The notes below the pieces were generated by a model. That model saw only the letters and a program-made list of their open reading frames with translations, made no database searches and had not been told where the DNA came from. Below are positions 61,401-64,000 of a DNA stretch of 64,000 bases, one piece after another; position 1 is the stretch's first letter, and every line of letters starts with the position of its first letter. This DNA is from Macrostomum hystrix. Taxonomy: Eukaryota; Animalia; Platyhelminthes. The stretch is from assembly GCA_950097015.1 (NCBI GenBank), contig CATNEN010000035.1, positions 372,001 to 436,000 on the forward strand, read 5' to 3'. The position numbers and the translations under genes are program-made.

Positions 61401-63456
61401 CTCCCTTCCTGCCTCCCTTCCGGCCTCTCTGCCTTCTCCCTTCCTGCCTCCCTTCTGGCCTCCCTGCCTTCTCCCTTCCTGCCTCCCTTCCTGCCTCCCT
61501 GCCTTCTCCCTTCCTGCCTCCCTTCCTGCCTCCCTGCCTTCTCCCTTCCTACCTCCCTTCCTTTAGTTCGTAACATTTCGTTCCACACGCTTGTAGTTTT
61601 TACTTCTCATTGATGAGAACGAGTTAGAATTTGACAGATAAGTTGTTAAAAGGCTTAGAATTAATCTGACTTACAAATTCGAATGACAATAAATACAATT
61701 TTTCCCAGACCTTTTTTGGCAGACCTGTACAGAGCAGGCAGTGGTGGTCTGACGAGGGCAGGCCAAAAAATCCAATTAATTTTTCTGCCAAGCTATGCGC
61801 CCCACTGATTGCTGCCTATTTGGAGACCCGCCTGGAGACTGCCAGAGCCCGCGGCACTTTTTTCTTCTATTTTTTTCTTTTCTTTTCCAAAATTTATCGG
61901 ATGCCTTGTTTAGGGCGCCATTCGTATTTGTAGCCTCATTTTATTGGCCTTGTAGACCGAAGCAGTACGTCATTTAGAGGGACAGCAAGATTTCAGGAGA
62001 GTGACGGGAGAATCTAGGGTCAGTGACAGCCCAATTCAGGAGAGTGACAGCTCAATTCAGGAGAGTGACACAACTCAATTCAGGAGAGTGACAGACCAAT
62101 TCAGGAGAGTGACAGCAGTTCAAGAGAGTGACAGCAGTTCAGGAGAGTCACAGCAGTTCAGGGGAGTGACAGCAGTTCAGGGGAGTGACAGCAGTTCAGG
62201 GGAGTGACAGCAGTTCAGGAGAGTGACACAACTCAATTCAGGAGAGTGACAGACCAATTCAGGAGAGTGACAGCAGTTCAAGAGAGTGACAGCAGTTCAG
62301 GAGAGTCACAGCAGTTCAGGGGAGTGACAGCAGTTCAGGGGAGTGACAGCAGTTCAGGGGAGTGACAGCAGTTCAGGGGAGTGACAGCAGTTCAGGAGAG
62401 TCACAGCAGTTCAGGGGAGTGACAGCAGTTCAGGGGAGTGACAGCAGTTCAGGGGAGTGACAGCAGTTCAGGAGAGGGACAGCAGTTCAGGGGAGTGACA
62501 GCAGTTCAGGGGAGTGACAGCAGTTCAGGAGAGTCACAGCAGTTCAGGGGAGTGACAGCAGTTCAGGGGAGTGACAGCAGTTCAGGGGAGTGACAGCAGT
62601 TCAGGAGAGGGACAGCAGTTCAGGGGAGTGACAGCAGTTCAGGGGAGTGACAGCAGTTCAGGGGAGTGACAGCAGTTCAGGGGAGTGACAGCAGTTCAGG
62701 GGAGTGACAGCAGTTCAGGGGAGTGACAGCAGTTCAGGAGAGTCACAGCAGTTCAGGGGAGTGACAGCAGTTCAGGGGAGTGACAGCAGTTCAGGGGAGT
62801 GACAGCAGTTCAGGAGAGGGACAGCAGTTCAGGAGAGGGACAGAGATAGTTCAGGAGAGGGACAGAGATAGTTCAGGAGAGGGACAGAGATAGTTCAGGA
62901 GAGTAATGGCATGATAAACAAACGGGAGAGAGACGGGAAAATGAAAGTCGAGTGCCAGTGACAGGTCTTGGGAGTGACAATGACCTACCCGGTTGTCGTG
63001 AATGCCGACAATGTCGGAGGCTTCACCGTCGCCCACCATGAAGGCTGCCAGGTTGGCCGTGTAGCTGGCGATAAAAACCAAGCAGAACATGGCGTAGATG
63101 TTCAGCAGGAAGCGGGAGCTCCAGCATTTCGGTGATTTAGTCTGGACGGTGTGCGAGAACAGCACGGACCAGGTGAGGGTCAAAGCGCTCGGGAAGCTGA
63201 ACACGCGGGCCCGATTCCTGCCGTAGGGCGTCAGGCCGAACGGGCTGAGCCACTCGTAAATCACGGCTGCCACCGCGGCAACGTGCACCGTGGCCAGAAT
63301 GCACATCCACATGGCCAGGTCGAACGGGTACAGGAAGCCGAACCTGGTGGCCCGGCCGCTCAGCTTCTCGGTCCGATTGACCACGATTGACACCGAGGTC
63401 AGCAGGTAGGGATCTGTAGTGAGGAAATCCCTGCGCCAGTTGGCGTTGCTGATGAC
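52468..63456 (-). CDS. GRIN3: NMDA-type ionotropic glutamate receptor subunit, GluN3-like; 3' seven exons (end of S1, M1-M3, S2, M4, C-tail); the 5' part lies beyond the window
   Basis: Exons 63456-62989, 59701-59568, 59488-59218, 58466-58410 (least certain), 57889-57719, 54834-54752 and 52921-52468 are phase-compatible. Motifs include EWLSPFGLTPYGRNRARVFSFPSAL, KSPKCWSSRFLLN, SYTANLAAFMVG, GTVRGS, AFLYD..VGKPF..GY, W.KVVP and M4..ISQ|RVYRHL, which closely follow vertebrate GluN3A ([35 protein letters not shown]). Confidence 0.9.
52998..53210 (+). mobile_element. Diverged SINE family 1 copy
   Basis: ttgtagcctagtggttagagcctcggactcatgacttgcag..ggggttcgattcctgac..cagtttacccag..gccgtacgcagccttcaga. 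Confidence 0.8.
53942..54548. repeat. 20-nt minisatellite (aacaggtgacactcctgtct)
   Basis: Visible units. Confidence 0.96.
54964..56450. repeat. 20-nt minisatellite (tggacactaatgggtcactt), ~1.5 kb
   Basis: Visible units. Confidence 0.98.
56755..57600. repeat. ~30-nt degenerate minisatellite (ggataatcccaggttggggaatccagaatag) with higher-order duplications
   Basis: Visible units. Confidence 0.92.
57955..58115. repeat. Short degenerate repeat (gacacattcccaatc)
   Basis: Visible units. Confidence 0.8.
58866..59127. repeat. 17-nt minisatellite (aaacttaaggaattccc)
   Basis: Visible units. Confidence 0.95.
59745..60150. repeat. 21-nt minisatellite (caggcaggtgcgcacttactt)
   Basis: Visible units. 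Confidence 0.95.
60617..61560. repeat. Pyrimidine-rich minisatellite (cctccctgccttctcccttcctg)
   Basis: Visible units; they explain the ORFs 60421-61588. Confidence 0.96.
62010..62897. repeat. 19-nt minisatellite (gacagcagttcaggggagt)
   Basis: Visible units. Confidence 0.96.
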
Positions 63457-63537
63457 CTGAACATTGGAATGGGTGACACGGATGTTTGGTATTTTCTAGT
63501 CTTTCGGCACCACGTAGCTCAGGGTCTAAGTGAAGGA

Positions 63538-64000
63538 TGTCTGGCATCCCGTGACTCTCTGGCATCCCGTGACTCTCTGGCATCCCGTGACTCTCTGGCA
63601 TCCCGTGACTCTCTGGCATCCCGTGACTCTCTGGCATCCCGTGACTCTCTGGCATCCCGTGACTCCCTGGCATCCCGTGACTCTCTGGCATCCCGTGACT
63701 CCCTGGCATCCCGTGACTCTCTGGCATCACGTGACTCTCTGGCATCACGTGACTCTCTGGCATCCCGTGACTCTCTGGCATCCCGTGACTCTCTGGCATC
63801 CCGTGACTCCCTGGCATCCCGTGACTCTCTGGCATCACGTGACTCTCTGGCATCACATGACTATCTGGCATCCCGTGACTATCTGGAATCCGTGACTCTC
63901 TGGCATCTCTGGCATCACGTGACTCTCTGGCATCTCTGGCATCACGTGACTCTCTGGCATCTCTGGCATCACGTGACTCTCTGGCATCTCTGGCATCACG
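63538..64000. repeat. 18-nt minisatellite (ctggcatcccgtgactct)
   Basis: Visible units running off the 3' edge. Confidence 0.96.

Overview
This is AT/GC-mosaic eukaryotic (invertebrate) genomic DNA. GC-rich exons, introns packed with unrelated minisatellites (about one third of the window) and tRNA-derived SINEs suggest a free-living flatworm such as Macrostomum, but that is inference from composition only. I reconstructed eight spliced or intronless protein-coding genes by hand from the ORF fragments and GT-AG sites. On the + strand: an RZ-family RGS (8059-14408) and an intronless ZNF395/ZNF704-like C-clamp gene (46449-47333). On the - strand: a very short multiplexin (collagen XV/XVIII-like, 22132-16710), acid ceramidase copy A (28574-26275), cofilin/ADF (34159-30698), U2A'/SNRPA1 (38042-36245), acid ceramidase copy B (41634-38605), and the 3' seven exons of a GluN3-type NMDA receptor subunit (63456-52468). 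A probable terminal transmembrane exon of an upstream gene lies at about 1.2 kb. Mobile DNA comprises three SINE families and four MITEs. Most long ORFs in the supplied track are artefacts of tandem repeats. The most notable signals: (1) the two ceramidase paralogues are about 98% identical only inside specific exon tracts; (2) the GluN3-like subunit has unusual pore and ligand-site residues; (3) the C-clamp protein lacks the family C2H2 finger; (4) the multiplexin is miniature; (5) a co-oriented five-gene run may be trans-spliced; (6) 1.7 kb upstream of that run is almost CpG-free; (7) a GTGAC/GTCAC pentamer recurs in many unrelated minisatellites.
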